DNA of 64,000 nucleotides from Dehalococcoidia bacterium (GCA_965219085.1 OZ244720.1:3104001-3168000), one strand, 5' to 3'; positions 31,262 to 41,678 are shown, counted from the first letter of the stretch. Translations and numbers: made by a program. The notes: generated from the letters alone by a model not told the origin.

Positions 31262-31359
31262 TCGTATCCATGGATGCGCAAGCCTCCCGCGTGCGTGAGA
31301 GCCTAGCTCCGAGGGCTGGTAGGCTCGGTTGAGCCTCTGACGAGACTGGAGCTTCGCGA

Positions 31360-32664
31360 GTGAAACTGCTGTCGGCGCCGCGCGTCTTCTACGGCTGGTG
31401 GATCGTTCTCGCGGGCTTCGCCATCCAGTGGACCGTGGGCGCGCTCATGCTGCACCCGTTCGGGATCTACGTGGTCGAGTTCGAGGAAGAGTTCGGCTGG
31501 AACCGCACCAAGCTCTCCGTCGCCTTCTCGCTCGCGCGCGTCGAAGACGGCCTCCTCGGCCCGCTCCAGGGCTGGATGATCGACAGGTTCGGGCCGCGCG
31601 CCGTGATACGTGTGGGGGTGGTCCTCTTCGCGCTCGGGTTCGTCGCGTTCAGCATGATGAACTCGCTGCTGATGTTCTATCTGACGTTTCTGCTCATGGC
31701 GATCGGCGCTGCCCTCGCCGGCTTCCTCTCTGTCACGACCGCCGTCGTCAACTGGTTCGTGCGACGCCGCACGCTCGCCGTGAGCCTTGCGCTCATCGGT
31801 GTGGCGGGCGGCGGTTTCGCCGCACCGGGCATCGCCCTGTTGATCGAGGAGATCGGCTGGCGTGGTACGGCCCTCGTCTCGGCCGCCATCGTCGCGATCA
31901 TCGGACTGCCCGCGGCGCAACTCGTGCGGCATCGCCCCGAGCCGTATGGCTTGCAGCCCGACGGCGACTCCGCGCCGCCGCCGGCCTCCGCTGACGACGA
32001 CGCACCCCGGTTCGCCGAAGTCAGTATGACGCCCCAACAGGCCCTCCGGAGCCGCGCGTTCTGGGCCATCTCGTTCGCCCACGCAGCCGCGCTGCTCGTG
32101 GTCTCGGCGGTGATGGTGCACTTCGTCGCGCATGTCGAGGAGCAGCTCGGTTACTCTCGGGCCGAGGCCGCCTCGCTCATCACGCTGCTCACATTCATGG
32201 TGATCATAGGCCAGGTGGCCGGGGGTTGGGCGGGTGACCGCCTCAACACGAGGGCGATCATCGCCGTGTGCCTGCTCGGCCACGGCACGGCGATGCTGCT
32301 GCTCACCTTCGCAAGCTCCCTCTGGATGGTGGTGGGGTTCGCGGTGCTGCATGGCATCGCGTGGGGCGTCCGAGGCCCCGTGATTCTCTCGATGCGCGCC
32401 GAGTACTTCGGGCCGCACTCCTTCGGCACGATCATGGGTTTCTCGTCGTTGATTGTGATGCTCGGGATGATCGTGGGGCCGATCTTCGCGGGCCTGGTCT
32501 ACGACAACACGGGCTCGTACGAGATCGGCTTCACGCTGCTCGCGCTCATCGCCGGCGCCGGCTCGCTGCTGATGCTCTGGGCCGGGAGCCCACCACCCCG
32601 TCCGGCGCGCCAGCCTGCGGGGGCATCGCTCGATGCCGCTGCGGGCGAGGCGCCTGCCGCGTAG
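31360..32664 (+). CDS. MFS transporter
   Basis: FYGWWIV, GWMIDRFGPR, ~12 hydrophobic segments. Confidence 0.92.
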   Translation: MKLLSAPRVFYGWWIVLAGFAIQWTVGALMLHPFGIYVVEFEEEFGWNRTKLSVAFSLARVEDGLLGPLQGWMIDRFGPRAVIRVGVVLFALGFVAFSMMNSLLMFYLTFLLMAIGAALAGFLSVTTAVVNWFVRRRTLAVSLALIGVAGGGFAAPGIALLIEEIGWRGTALVSAAIVAIIGLPAAQLVRHRPEPYGLQPDGDSAPPPASADDDAPRFAEVSMTPQQALRSRAFWAISFAHAAALLVVSAVMVHFVAHVEEQLGYSRAEAASLITLLTFMVIIGQVAGGWAGDRLNTRAIIAVCLLGHGTAMLLLTFASSLWMVVGFAVLHGIAWGVRGPVILSMRAEYFGPHSFGTIMGFSSLIVMLGMIVGPIFAGLVYDNTGSYEIGFTLLALIAGAGSLLMLWAGSPPPRPARQPAGASLDAAAGEAPAA

Positions 32665-32676
32665 CCGCGCTCGCGC

Positions 32677-33636
32677 TTACCTTCGGCCCACTGCCGCGTC
32701 GATCCGCGCCATCAACTCGCCGTCGAGGACGCCCCGCGCCTCTGCCTCGACGCACTCGCGCAACTCCTCGCGGTTCTTTACGCCGAGGACCACCGTCGAG
32801 ACGCCCGGCATCGACAGCGCGTAGCGGTGTGCCAGGGCGGCCGGCGACTCGCCGACTGCGCGCGCGAGTGCGCGGAACGGGGCGGCGCGATGGAAGTCCA
32901 CGGCGTCTCCGTGCCCCTCGGGCAGCTCGCGGTCGATCGCGTCGGTGAGCGCGCCCGCCTGCACGGCGCGGATACCCATCACGCCCACGCCGCGCTCGGC
33001 GGCTGTCGCGATGACCTCGCGGGGGCGTAACGCAGCGTCGAAGCGCCGGATCGCGCCGGCCGAGTCGAGGAGGTTCGCGATGCACTGCACCGCGCCCGGC
33101 GGTGAGTCGGACTCGAGCGCCGTGATCACGGCGCCGGGCACGCCGATGCCCGTGATGCCCCAGGCGCCCGCCATCCCCTCCGCCACCAAGCCCTCGAGTG
33201 CGGGCCGCACCGCCTCCCCGAAGAGCGTCAGCGGCGTCCCCGCGTAGCGGTCGGCGTCCGCATCCGCGACGAGCATGTTATGTACGATGAACACGTCGAC
33301 GCGCTCCAGTCGGAGCCGCTCGAGGCTCGCCGTCAGGCTGGACCTCAGCAGCTCCGCCACCTCGCCGGCGGGCGGGTTGTTGACCCGGCACTTGGTGGAG
33401 ACGAGCACGCCGTCCGGGAGCCGGCCGTCGAAGGCCACGCCGACCACGCGCTCGGCCTCACCGTCGCCGTAGCTGGGCGCGACGTCGAGCAGGTTGATGC
33501 CGAGCTCGATCGCCTCGCGCGTGGTCGCAACGGACTCCTCGCGGGTCGTCGGCCCCCACACCTGGCCAATCCCACCGCCGCCGAGTGAGAGGGCGCTGAC
33601 GTTGTATCCGAGGCTGCCGAAGGTGCGTTGTTCCAT
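32677..33636 (-). CDS. Aldo/keto reductase
   Basis: LDVAPSYGDGEAE, STK, SLERL..VD. Confidence 0.9.
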   Translation of the reverse strand: MEQRTFGSLGYNVSALSLGGGGIGQVWGPTTREESVATTREAIELGINLLDVAPSYGDGEAERVVGVAFDGRLPDGVLVSTKCRVNNPPAGEVAELLRSSLTASLERLRLERVDVFIVHNMLVADADADRYAGTPLTLFGEAVRPALEGLVAEGMAGAWGITGIGVPGAVITALESDSPPGAVQCIANLLDSAGAIRRFDAALRPREVIATAAERGVGVMGIRAVQAGALTDAIDRELPEGHGDAVDFHRAAPFRALARAVGESPAALAHRYALSMPGVSTVVLGVKNREELRECVEAEARGVLDGELMARIDAAVGRR

Positions 33637-33850
33637 GGGCGCGAGCGTAGTCGCCGCCCGCGCGGCGCGGCAAGGAGCGCGCCCCCAGGGAGCGTGGTCA
33701 CGAGCCTCGACCCGGCGTCCGGAACCGCGCCGTCACGAGAGTGACCCTACCGGGCTCGGAGTGGCGCGCGCTCCACGGCTCGGTGTGCCGGCGTGACGGG
33801 GGTCGCCGACCGGGACGGCGCCACGGGACGCGGTGGGCGGGTGCTCTGTC

Positions 33851-34665
33851 CTACGTCATCGGAGCCCCAACATTCGATCTCGCGATCGTCGCGTAGCCCG
33901 CATGAGTGCAGGGCGCCCGCGGAGACGGAGCGGAATGCGCCTTGGGTGCGTCGGTCTGCCCCCTGTGGTCATCGCCCCAGCACTCGATGGCCCCATCGCT
34001 GTGCAACGCGCACGTGTGGTCCAGGCCGGCGGAGACCGCGAGGAAGGTCCCGGATGGTGCGGCGGCCTGCCCCTCGGAGTTGTCGCCCCAGGAAGTTCGA
34101 GCCCCAGCACTCGATCGCCTGGTCGCCGCGCAACCCGCAGCCATGATCCCACCCGGTCGCGACGGCGCTGAAGCCACTCGGGACGATGCTGTCGAGCGGC
34201 TGGCCATCCAGGTGCACGCCGCCGCTGTAGAGCCAGCGGCCAGCCGCCACGGTGGCCGGGAAGAGCCGGGGTCGCGGTAGGAGGCGATCGCTCCACTCGT
34301 CGCCGACCGCTGGTACAGCGCGAACTCGATCCGTCCGTCTCGTAGCGGTCGTGCGCTGATCCGCAGAGCGTGACCGGTCTCAAACGTCAGCTCGGAGCTG
34401 TGCAGCCAGCGGTTGACCGGGCGCTCACCGGGACGAAGCCGGCCCGCGGTAGCAACCGCGCGCCCCAGCCATCCGCGCCGCGAACCTGCAACGCCACCTC
34501 GGTGCGACCATCGGCGAGCCGTTGCGCTGCGATGCGTATCTCGACGACGCCGGAACCCGGCCCCGGCGCAGTCGCGTTGGCCGGTGAGCCCAGCATCAAT
34601 GCCGCAGTGGTCAGCGCGAAGCATGCAAGCGCGCACAGCGCGTGCGCTGAAAGCGGGATGCGCAT
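33851..34665 (-). pseudogene. Secreted RCC1-repeat protein, multiply frameshifted
   Basis: Signal peptide; SAGLDHTCAL..DGAIECWG repeats spread across frames. Confidence 0.7.
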
Positions 34666-34801
34666 CGACGTTCCCCAGGGCGAGGCTTCACGAAGCCGCA
34701 GCCCGGTTGGCAGGGTAGCAGTGCCAACGGCCGCGCATCGCCGGTCGGCGGCGCACTGCGGATTGCGATCAGGGGCGAGCGCTGGGGCGCCGGTAGCGTG
34801 C

Positions 34802-36079
34802 CTAACCCAGGGCGCCAGCCTCGCGCAGGGCGGCGATCTCGTCAGGCGTCAGGCCGTGCTCGGACAGCACCTCGTCGGTGTCGCCGCCGAGTCCTGGAGA
34901 TGGCCGGTCCGTGCCTGTCGGGGAGTTCGTCATGCGCAGGATCGGCCCGACCATGCGCTCGGGGCCCGTGAGCGGATGGTCGATGTCGATCATGTAGCCC
35001 ATCGCCTCGACCTGCGGGTCGTCGGCCATCTCCTCGGGGAAGTTCACCTTCGTGGCGGGCGCCCCCTGCGCGTCCATGCGCTCAATCCACTCGTCCATCG
35101 TCCTGGTGCGGAACAGCGCACGTACGCGATCCTGGAACGCGACCGCCTGGTCGTTCCAATCGGGATCGAGGGCGTCGAACTCGGGATCCTCCAGCGGGTC
35201 CTCGCCGGTGAGCCCGAGTGCCTCGCGGATCTGCGCCTGGTTGCGAAGCGTCAGCGCCCCGACCACGATCGCGCCGTCCTGCGCGACATACGTGCCGTAG
35301 TACGTGAGGAACGCCGTGCTGATGGCGCGACTGCCTTCGTGGATGTCGATCAGCTCCCGGTAGTTCGCGCCCGCCTGGCGCGCCTCCCTGAGCGCTTCCA
35401 GCATCGGCTGGACGGTGGTCGCGTCCTGGACCGGCATCCGCCCCACCGAGGCCCCCAGCAGTGAGAGCGCCGAGTTGAGCAGCGAGGTCTGGATGAACTC
35501 GCCCTGCCCAGTGATCTGCCTGCGGAACAGCGCGGCGCACACGCCCATGGCCATCGCCAGGCCGGTGCTCATGTCGCCGATGGCGATCGACATCATCTGC
35601 GGTGCGCCGTGCTCATCGAGCTTGTGGTTGTTCGCCATCACGCCCGAGTAGCCCTGCGAGACGACGTCGGAGCCCGAGCGCACCGCGCTTGGCCCCTCGG
35701 TGCCGAACCCCGTGCTGTCGACGTACACGAGATCCGGGCGGAACTGCCGCAGCGTGTCGTAGTCGACCCGCAGGCGGCCCGAGACGCCGGGGCGGGCGTT
35801 GATGATGAAGACGTCGTAGTCGGTGATGATGCGATGCACCAGCTCTTGCGCCTCGGGGCGCTGGAGGTTCAGCACGAGTCCGCGCTTACCGCGGTTCACG
35901 ACGTGGAAGAACTTCCCTTCACCGGGAACTATGGCGCCCAGGTTGCGCGTGTTGTCGCCCTCCGGCGACTCGACCTTGAGGACATCCGCCCCCAGGTCGG
36001 CGAGCATCATCCCGCCGTACGGCGCCGCCAGGATCTGCGACACCTCGAACACCTTGACGCCTTCGAGTGGACCGCCCAC
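34802..36079 (-). CDS. Family III CoA-transferase (CaiB/BaiF)
   Basis: PLEGVKV, LADLGADVLKVE, NRGKR, IGD. Confidence 0.92.
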   Translation of the reverse strand: MGGPLEGVKVFEVSQILAAPYGGMMLADLGADVLKVESPEGDNTRNLGAIVPGEGKFFHVVNRGKRGLVLNLQRPEAQELVHRIITDYDVFIINARPGVSGRLRVDYDTLRQFRPDLVYVDSTGFGTEGPSAVRSGSDVVSQGYSGVMANNHKLDEHGAPQMMSIAIGDMSTGLAMAMGVCAALFRRQITGQGEFIQTSLLNSALSLLGASVGRMPVQDATTVQPMLEALREARQAGANYRELIDIHEGSRAISTAFLTYYGTYVAQDGAIVVGALTLRNQAQIREALGLTGEDPLEDPEFDALDPDWNDQAVAFQDRVRALFRTRTMDEWIERMDAQGAPATKVNFPEEMADDPQVEAMGYMIDIDHPLTGPERMVGPILRMTNSPTGTDRPSPGLGGDTDEVLSEHGLTPDEIAALREAGALG

Positions 36080-36146
36080 GAGGTAGCTCCCTGCAGCTGT
36101 ACGGGTGTACGGGTGCGGGCGCAGGAGCGCCCGCACCCTCAGCTTA

Positions 36147-37328
36147 CTAGGACTCGATGGGCGTGTCGGTGCGGTTGCCCCACTCGACCCAGGAGCCGTC
36201 GTAGACCTTCACGCTCTCGAAGCCCAGCAGCTCGGAGAGCACGAACCACGTGTGGGTCGCGCGCACGGCCGTCTGGCAGAGCGTGTAGATCGTCTTGTCG
36301 GAAACCACGCCCTCGCTGTCGTAGAGGGCGCGCAGCTCGTCGGCGGACAGGAACCGGCCGTCCTCGGCGAGGGCGCGGTCCCAGTTGACGTTCACAGCCT
36401 CGGGAATGTGGCCGCCACGGTCGGCGCGCACGTCACGACCGGCGTACTCCTCCGGCGATCGCGCGTCGCAGACCAGCGTCGAGGGGTCCTCGATGGACGC
36501 GACCACTTCTTGCCAGCCGGCGATCAGGTTCTCGTTCGGCGCGCCGCTGAAGGCGTAGTCCGCTGCCGTCGGCGAGGGCACGTCGGTGCTGACCGCACGG
36601 CCTTCCGCTTCCCAGAGCGGGAAGTCGCCGTCGAGCAGGCGCGCATCGCCGTGGCCGTAGACCGCGAGCACCCAGATGGCGCGCGATGCCCAGATGGAGC
36701 CACGGGCGTCGTAGAAGATGATCGTGTGGTCCGGCGTCGCGCCGATCGAGCCGAGCACTGCTGCCATGTCCTCCGGAGGCGGGATCAGGCCGGGCACGCC
36801 GTCGATCTCCTTCTGGAAGGAGCCACCGGCTGCGAGCCGGATCGCGCCGGGGATGTGGCCCGCGACGTAGGCGTCCTCACCACGCAGGTCGACCAGGATC
36901 ACCGCGTCGTTGTCGAGGTTCTCCTCGATCCACTGGGTGGTGACCAGCCGGTCGGTGCTGGCGTAGCCCCGGTCTTCGAGGCCCGTAACGGCCGGAACGC
37001 CCGTGTCGTCGGCGGCGTCGTCATCCGCCGCGGCGACAGTGTCGTCCGCGTCGGCGGCGTCGTCATCGGCTGCGGCGTCGTCATCGGCCGCGTCCGCGCC
37101 GTCGTCGGCCTCGGCCGCGTCGTCGGCGTCGTCATCAGCATCGTCGGCGGCGGTGGTGGCCAAGACGGCGGTGGCGACCGGAGCCTCGGTTGCGGCCGTG
37201 TCGTCATCGTCGTCGCCGCAGCCCGCGATGAGCGCAGAGCCTGCCAGTAGCATCAGCACCAGCAGCCCGGCGGCGCGGCCCAACAGGCCCCAGCCTCGCT
37301 TCTTCGTGGTTCGTTCCCTCGTATGCAT
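36147..37328 (-). CDS. Tandem-rhodanese sulfurtransferase lipoprotein with Asp/Ala-rich linker
   Basis: Lipobox IAGC; GHIPGA; DARS..EY.G; active loop CQTAVR; YDGSWVEW. Confidence 0.9.
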   Translation of the reverse strand: MHTRERTTKKRGWGLLGRAAGLLVLMLLAGSALIAGCGDDDDDTAATEAPVATAVLATTAADDADDDADDAAEADDGADAADDDAAADDDAADADDTVAAADDDAADDTGVPAVTGLEDRGYASTDRLVTTQWIEENLDNDAVILVDLRGEDAYVAGHIPGAIRLAAGGSFQKEIDGVPGLIPPPEDMAAVLGSIGATPDHTIIFYDARGSIWASRAIWVLAVYGHGDARLLDGDFPLWEAEGRAVSTDVPSPTAADYAFSGAPNENLIAGWQEVVASIEDPSTLVCDARSPEEYAGRDVRADRGGHIPEAVNVNWDRALAEDGRFLSADELRALYDSEGVVSDKTIYTLCQTAVRATHTWFVLSELLGFESVKVYDGSWVEWGNRTDTPIES

Positions 37329-37365
37329 CAGGCACCTTTCCTTCGAACGCGGTTTCTCTGTCTGT

Positions 37366-37623
37366 CTAAGCCTCGACGTGCGCCTCGGCGTTGAAGATGC
37401 GGATCTCCCACTCGCCGGGGCGCCGCTCGGCGATCTCGCAGCCGTAGCCGCGCTTCATCGCCTCGGGCGGGATCGTCGACAGCGCGGGCGGGTGGTCCGT
37501 CCACACCCGCAGCTCCGGCACGCCGGGCCGCACGTCGTCGAGCTCCCGGTTGGTGCGCAGCATCGGGTACGGGCAGATCTCGCCCCGCACGTCGAGGACT
37601 GGCGCCTCGCTCTCGTTGGTCAT
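37366..37623 (-). CDS. TusA/YeeD-family sulfur carrier
   Basis: LDVRGEICPYP. Confidence 0.88.
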   Translation of the reverse strand: MTNESEAPVLDVRGEICPYPMLRTNRELDDVRPGVPELRVWTDHPPALSTIPPEAMKRGYGCEIAERRPGEWEIRIFNAEAHVEA

Positions 37624-37637
37624 GGAGTTCCCTCCTT

Positions 37638-37682
37638 GCTCCCCATTGGTGGGCTCCCTATTGGCGGGCTCCCTATTCGGTG
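37638..37682. repeat. Three imperfect 15-bp tandem repeats
   Basis: GCTCCCCATTGGTGG / GCTCCCTATTGGCGG / GCTCCCTATTCGGTG. Confidence 0.7.
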
Positions 37683-37930
37683 GCCGCCACCGGGCGTACA
37701 CCCGGCGACAGCGTCATCTCGCGCACGCCCTCCGAGGGCGGCTCGAGCCGACATCGCACGCCCCGCTCGGCTGCGGCTGGCAGCACGTACGTGGCGACAA
37801 CGTCGAGGTCGGTGATGATCCGCACCGCTGTCCCCTCGGCGGCCTGCTCGACCGCGGCGTGCGCGCTCTGCATCTGCTCTGGCGGGGGCTTCCCGCGCAG
37901 GTCCAGCACCTCGACTGCTTCCCCACTCAT
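37673..37930 (-). CDS. TusA-like protein lacking the CPxP cysteine
   Basis: LDLRGKPPPE; ATGA overlap with the yeeE stop. Confidence 0.65.
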   Translation of the reverse strand: MSGEAVEVLDLRGKPPPEQMQSAHAAVEQAAEGTAVRIITDLDVVATYVLPAAAERGVRCRLEPPSEGVREMTLSPGVRPVAATE

Positions 37931-39180
37931 GGGAACCGCCGGATGAACGTGGTGCCACCGTACGCCCCGATCGCCAGCGCGATGGCGTAGATCCACCCGT
38001 TGAGCGCGAGCGACGGGATCGCGGAGAAGAACGCGCCGACCGTGCAGCCGAGGCCGAGCCCCGCCCCGTAGCCCATCACGAGCCCGCCGGCGAGCGACTG
38101 CACGTAGCGTCGCGGGCCGCGCGGCACGCGCAGCCGGAACTCGCGCGCCAGCAGTGCGGCGGTGAACGCCCCGGCGATGATGCCGATGTTGAGCATGAAC
38201 GCGTCGGTGAGCCACGTCCCCTCGACGAAGCGCGGGACGCAGCCGGGGATGTCGCTGATGCCCTTGAGCTCGCCGACGCCGGCGCCGAGGTTGTCCGCGA
38301 AGTCCACTGACCAGCGCGACAGCTCGCCGACGACACCGACGGGGCGGTAGCGGATGAACAGCAGGATGTTGACGGCCGCCAGCGCAATACCCCCGATGAC
38401 GGGCGTCCACTCGGCGCGGAAGACCTTCCGCGCGACCGCTCCCAGCGTCGTGTCCGACCCCGGAGCCGCCTGGGCGCCGCTCGCCCCCGGAATCACCGGG
38501 AGCGTGAAGTTCATACCCGCGAAGGCCCGTCGCTCCCACCACGAGACGGCGACGTAGGCGAGCCCGAGCAGCACGAACGTGATCACGACGGCGCCGGTGT
38601 AGTTGAGGTCCGTCGGCAGCCACGAGAGGCGATCCATGCTGATCTGGTTGTCCCACCACCAGTTCCACGTGCGCGCCATCGCGTAGAGCCCGACGAGCAC
38701 GCCGCCGATCGCGACCCACGAGCCGATGTAGCCCTCGCCCATGCGGTACAGCGAGCCGCTGACGCAGCCGCCCGAGAGCACCATCCCGAAGCCGAACATC
38801 ACGCCGCCGAGGACGGTCGCGATGCCGAGCGGGAGGATGTGCGCGTCGGAGGGGAGGACGCCCGAGCCGGGGTTGGGGACAACGGTCGCCATGATCATCG
38901 CGAAGCCCGCCGTCGCGACGGCGAGGCCGGCGATGATGCCTCGCATCATCCGTCCCTGGCGCATGAGGATCAGGTCGCGGAACCCGGCGACGAAGCAGAA
39001 GCGGCTGCGCTGACAGATCGCGCCGAAGGCGACGCCCGTCACCCAGAACACCGGCCATGCCGCGTCGGTGCGCAGCGCGAGCACGTACACGATCGCGAGC
39101 CCTGCCACGGCGAGGATGCCGGCGCCTGTGGAGCGGTCCATCGTGCGGACAGTTGTCAGCGACATCGGGAGGGCGCTCAT
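37927..39180 (-). CDS. YeeE/YedE-family thiosulfate/sulfur transporter
   Basis: QRSRFCF, GGCVSGSLYR, GCTVGA; start uncertain. Confidence 0.9.
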   Translation of the reverse strand: MSALPMSLTTVRTMDRSTGAGILAVAGLAIVYVLALRTDAAWPVFWVTGVAFGAICQRSRFCFVAGFRDLILMRQGRMMRGIIAGLAVATAGFAMIMATVVPNPGSGVLPSDAHILPLGIATVLGGVMFGFGMVLSGGCVSGSLYRMGEGYIGSWVAIGGVLVGLYAMARTWNWWWDNQISMDRLSWLPTDLNYTGAVVITFVLLGLAYVAVSWWERRAFAGMNFTLPVIPGASGAQAAPGSDTTLGAVARKVFRAEWTPVIGGIALAAVNILLFIRYRPVGVVGELSRWSVDFADNLGAGVGELKGISDIPGCVPRFVEGTWLTDAFMLNIGIIAGAFTAALLAREFRLRVPRGPRRYVQSLAGGLVMGYGAGLGLGCTVGAFFSAIPSLALNGWIYAIALAIGAYGGTTFIRRFP

Positions 39181-39323
39181 GCCCGCAATGTTCACATAAT
39201 TGAGTCGGCTACTCAACATCTCTGGGTGATGGCGGTACAGGCAGGTGTGATGCGTCGCCAGCCTCTGTATCATCGCGACCGCAGGCGACAGCAGCAGCGG
39301 CCGGAAGGCCAGAGAGGGAACCT

Positions 39324-40145
39324 ATGCCACCGAACACAAACACCGTCCTGTACGAGAAGCGCGACCGTGTCGCGTGGGTGACGCTCAACCGCCCCGAGGC
39401 GATGAACTCGCTCAACCCGGAGATCAGCCTCGGCATCAAGGAGGCAGTCGACGAGGCGACCGCGGACGACGACGTGCTCGTGGTCGTTCTCATCGGCAAC
39501 GGCGGCCGCGCGTTCTGCGCGGGCATGGACCTGAAGTGGCGGGCCCAGGAGGACGCCGCGGGTGGGACCGACATGTCAGGGGATCAAGTGGGTCCTGGCA
39601 CCGGCCTGGACGCGGTCGGGGCCTGCCCGAAGCCGGTGATCGCGGCCATCGACGGCTACGCGCTGGCCGGCGGGATGCAGCTCACCAACCGCTGCGACAT
39701 GCGCATCGCAACGCGCAAGTCGCGGTTCGGGATGCCGGAAGCACGGCGAGCCCTCGCGGCCGTCGGCGGCGAGGACACGCCCGAGCTGTTCACGAGCGCC
39801 GGCGAGGCGGCGTGGATCCTCCTGACCGGCGGCCACATGACCGCCGAGCGCGCCTACCAGAACGGGCTCATCCAGGTCCTCGTCGAGGACCGCGACGAGC
39901 TGATCCAGGCGACCGAGGAGCTCGCGGGCGAGGTCAAGCTCTGCGCGCCGCTCGCGATCCGCGCGATCAAGGAAACGCTGCGCACGAAGCGCAACATGGC
40001 GGCGCCCAACCCCGGCCAGAAGCAGCTCGCAAAGCTGTCCGAGCTGACCGCCGATGTCAAGGAGATCAACAACAGCAGCGAAGACCGGCTCGAGGGACCG
40101 CTGGCGTTCGCCGAAAAGCGCGACCCGAACTGGAAGAACCGCTAA
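39324..40145 (+). CDS. Enoyl-CoA hydratase/isomerase family protein
   Basis: LNRPEAMN, FCAGMDL, KPVIAAIDG, AFAEKR. Confidence 0.9.
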   Translation: MPPNTNTVLYEKRDRVAWVTLNRPEAMNSLNPEISLGIKEAVDEATADDDVLVVVLIGNGGRAFCAGMDLKWRAQEDAAGGTDMSGDQVGPGTGLDAVGACPKPVIAAIDGYALAGGMQLTNRCDMRIATRKSRFGMPEARRALAAVGGEDTPELFTSAGEAAWILLTGGHMTAERAYQNGLIQVLVEDRDELIQATEELAGEVKLCAPLAIRAIKETLRTKRNMAAPNPGQKQLAKLSELTADVKEINNSSEDRLEGPLAFAEKRDPNWKNR

Positions 40146-40178
40146 CCGGAGGACCCGGCAGGAGCCAACCAGATTCCT

Positions 40179-40286
40179 TGCATGCAGCCATGCTGCATGC
40201 ATCCAGCGCGCGAGCCGGCTGCGGTTCGGCGTGCCGGGAGTAGAGCGAACAGGAGCCCTCCGCACGGAGGGCTCCTTCGCTACTAC
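40179..40286. repeat. Two intergenic inverted repeats
   Basis: TGCATGCAGC-CAT-GCTGCATGCA; GTAG..GGAGCCCTCCG-CA-CGGAGGGCTCC..CTAC. Confidence 0.7.
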
Positions 40287-40301
40287 CCCTGAGATGAGCT
40301 G

Positions 40302-41678
40302 ATGGCCGTCACGCACGCGGGCATGGCCGAAATCGCCGAGGTCGCCGAGCGCGCGGCTGTCATCGCGCGCCGCGGGATCTTCTACGGCTGGTACATCGTC
40401 GCGGCCGGGGCCGGCACGAACTTCATCGTGATCGGCCTCGTCACGTTCAGCTTCGGCGTCTTTATCGGACCGATCCGCGACGAGCTTGGCTGGAGCGTCG
40501 CCGCGATCTCGCTCGGCGTCTCGCTGCGCAGCTTCGAGCAGGGCCTGCTCGCGCCGATCACCGGCATCCTCATCGACCGGCTTGGCCCGCGCCGCATGGC
40601 GATGACCGGGATCGTCTTCACCAGCATCGGGCTCGTGGTCTTCTCGCAGGCCCGCACGCTCGAGATCTACTACGCGTCGAGCCTGCTACTCGCCTTCGGC
40701 CAGAGCCTGGGCTCGCTGCAGCCGTTCTCGGCGGCCCTGATGTTCTGGTTCCAGCGCAAGCGCGGCCGCGCGATGGGCCTGCTCAACACGGGTAACGGCG
40801 CCGGCTACCTGATGACGCCGGGCGTCGCCATCCTCGTCACGCAGGTGGGCTGGCGCGAGACGCTGCTGATGGCCGCGGTGGTCGTGCTCTTCGCCGGCAT
40901 CCCGCTCGCGATGGTGCTGCGCAACCGCCCCGAGCCCTACGGCTACTCCGCCGACGGCGACGAGCCCGAGCCCGGCGAGGCCGGGGTGACGCCCGAGGCG
41001 AGCGGCATGACGGTCGGCGAGGGTCTCCGCACGCCGACGTTCTACCTGCTGGCCGTGTCCACGGCGCTCAGCGGCGGGGTGATCATCTCCTGGATCGTCC
41101 ACCAGATACCGCACCTGGAGAGCGTCGGGTTCTCGCTCAGCGGCGCGGCGACCATCGCCGGCATCTACGGCGCGTGCCAGCTCGCGCTCCGACCGCTCGT
41201 CGGGTGGATGGGCGACCGCTTCGGGCGCGTGGGAATGTACTCGCTCGCGTTCGTGGCGCAGGGCGTGGGCATGGTCATCTTCGCGAACATGACCTCGGAC
41301 CGGCTGTGGCTGCTGCCGTTCTATTACGCCACCTTCGCGTTCGGGAACTCGACGTGGATCGTGCTGCAGATGACGCTCGTCGCTGACTACTTCGGGCCGA
41401 GGCGGTTCGCCACGCTGCGCGGGTTTGCCTCCTCGCTCAACATGCCGGTCGGCATCATCTCGCCGTTCCTCGCCGGCTACATCTTCGACCAGACCGGGAG
41501 CTACCGGGAGATCTTCATGATCTACGCGGCGCTCGCCGCCTGCGGTTCGGTCATGATCCTGATGATCCGCCGCCCGTTCTGGGCCGACGTGGTGCGCCAG
41601 CGCGAGGAGGCGGCAGCCGCCGCGCGCGCCGCACAGGGTGCGGGGCCGTCCCCCGGACGCATACAATCGCGGCCCTGA
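40302..41678 (+). CDS. MFS transporter
   Basis: FYGWYIV, GILIDRLGPR, DYFGPR. Confidence 0.92.
   Translation: MAVTHAGMAEIAEVAERAAVIARRGIFYGWYIVAAGAGTNFIVIGLVTFSFGVFIGPIRDELGWSVAAISLGVSLRSFEQGLLAPITGILIDRLGPRRMAMTGIVFTSIGLVVFSQARTLEIYYASSLLLAFGQSLGSLQPFSAALMFWFQRKRGRAMGLLNTGNGAGYLMTPGVAILVTQVGWRETLLMAAVVVLFAGIPLAMVLRNRPEPYGYSADGDEPEPGEAGVTPEASGMTVGEGLRTPTFYLLAVSTALSGGVIISWIVHQIPHLESVGFSLSGAATIAGIYGACQLALRPLVGWMGDRFGRVGMYSLAFVAQGVGMVIFANMTSDRLWLLPFYYATFAFGNSTWIVLQMTLVADYFGPRRFATLRGFASSLNMPVGIISPFLAGYIFDQTGSYREIFMIYAALAACGSVMILMIRRPFWADVVRQREEAAAAARAAQGAGPSPGRIQSRP

Noticed and set aside
37003-37215. GCGTCGTCATCG-type repeats as a DNA repeat element
   Set aside because: Explained by the Asp/Ala low-complexity linker of the rhodanese.
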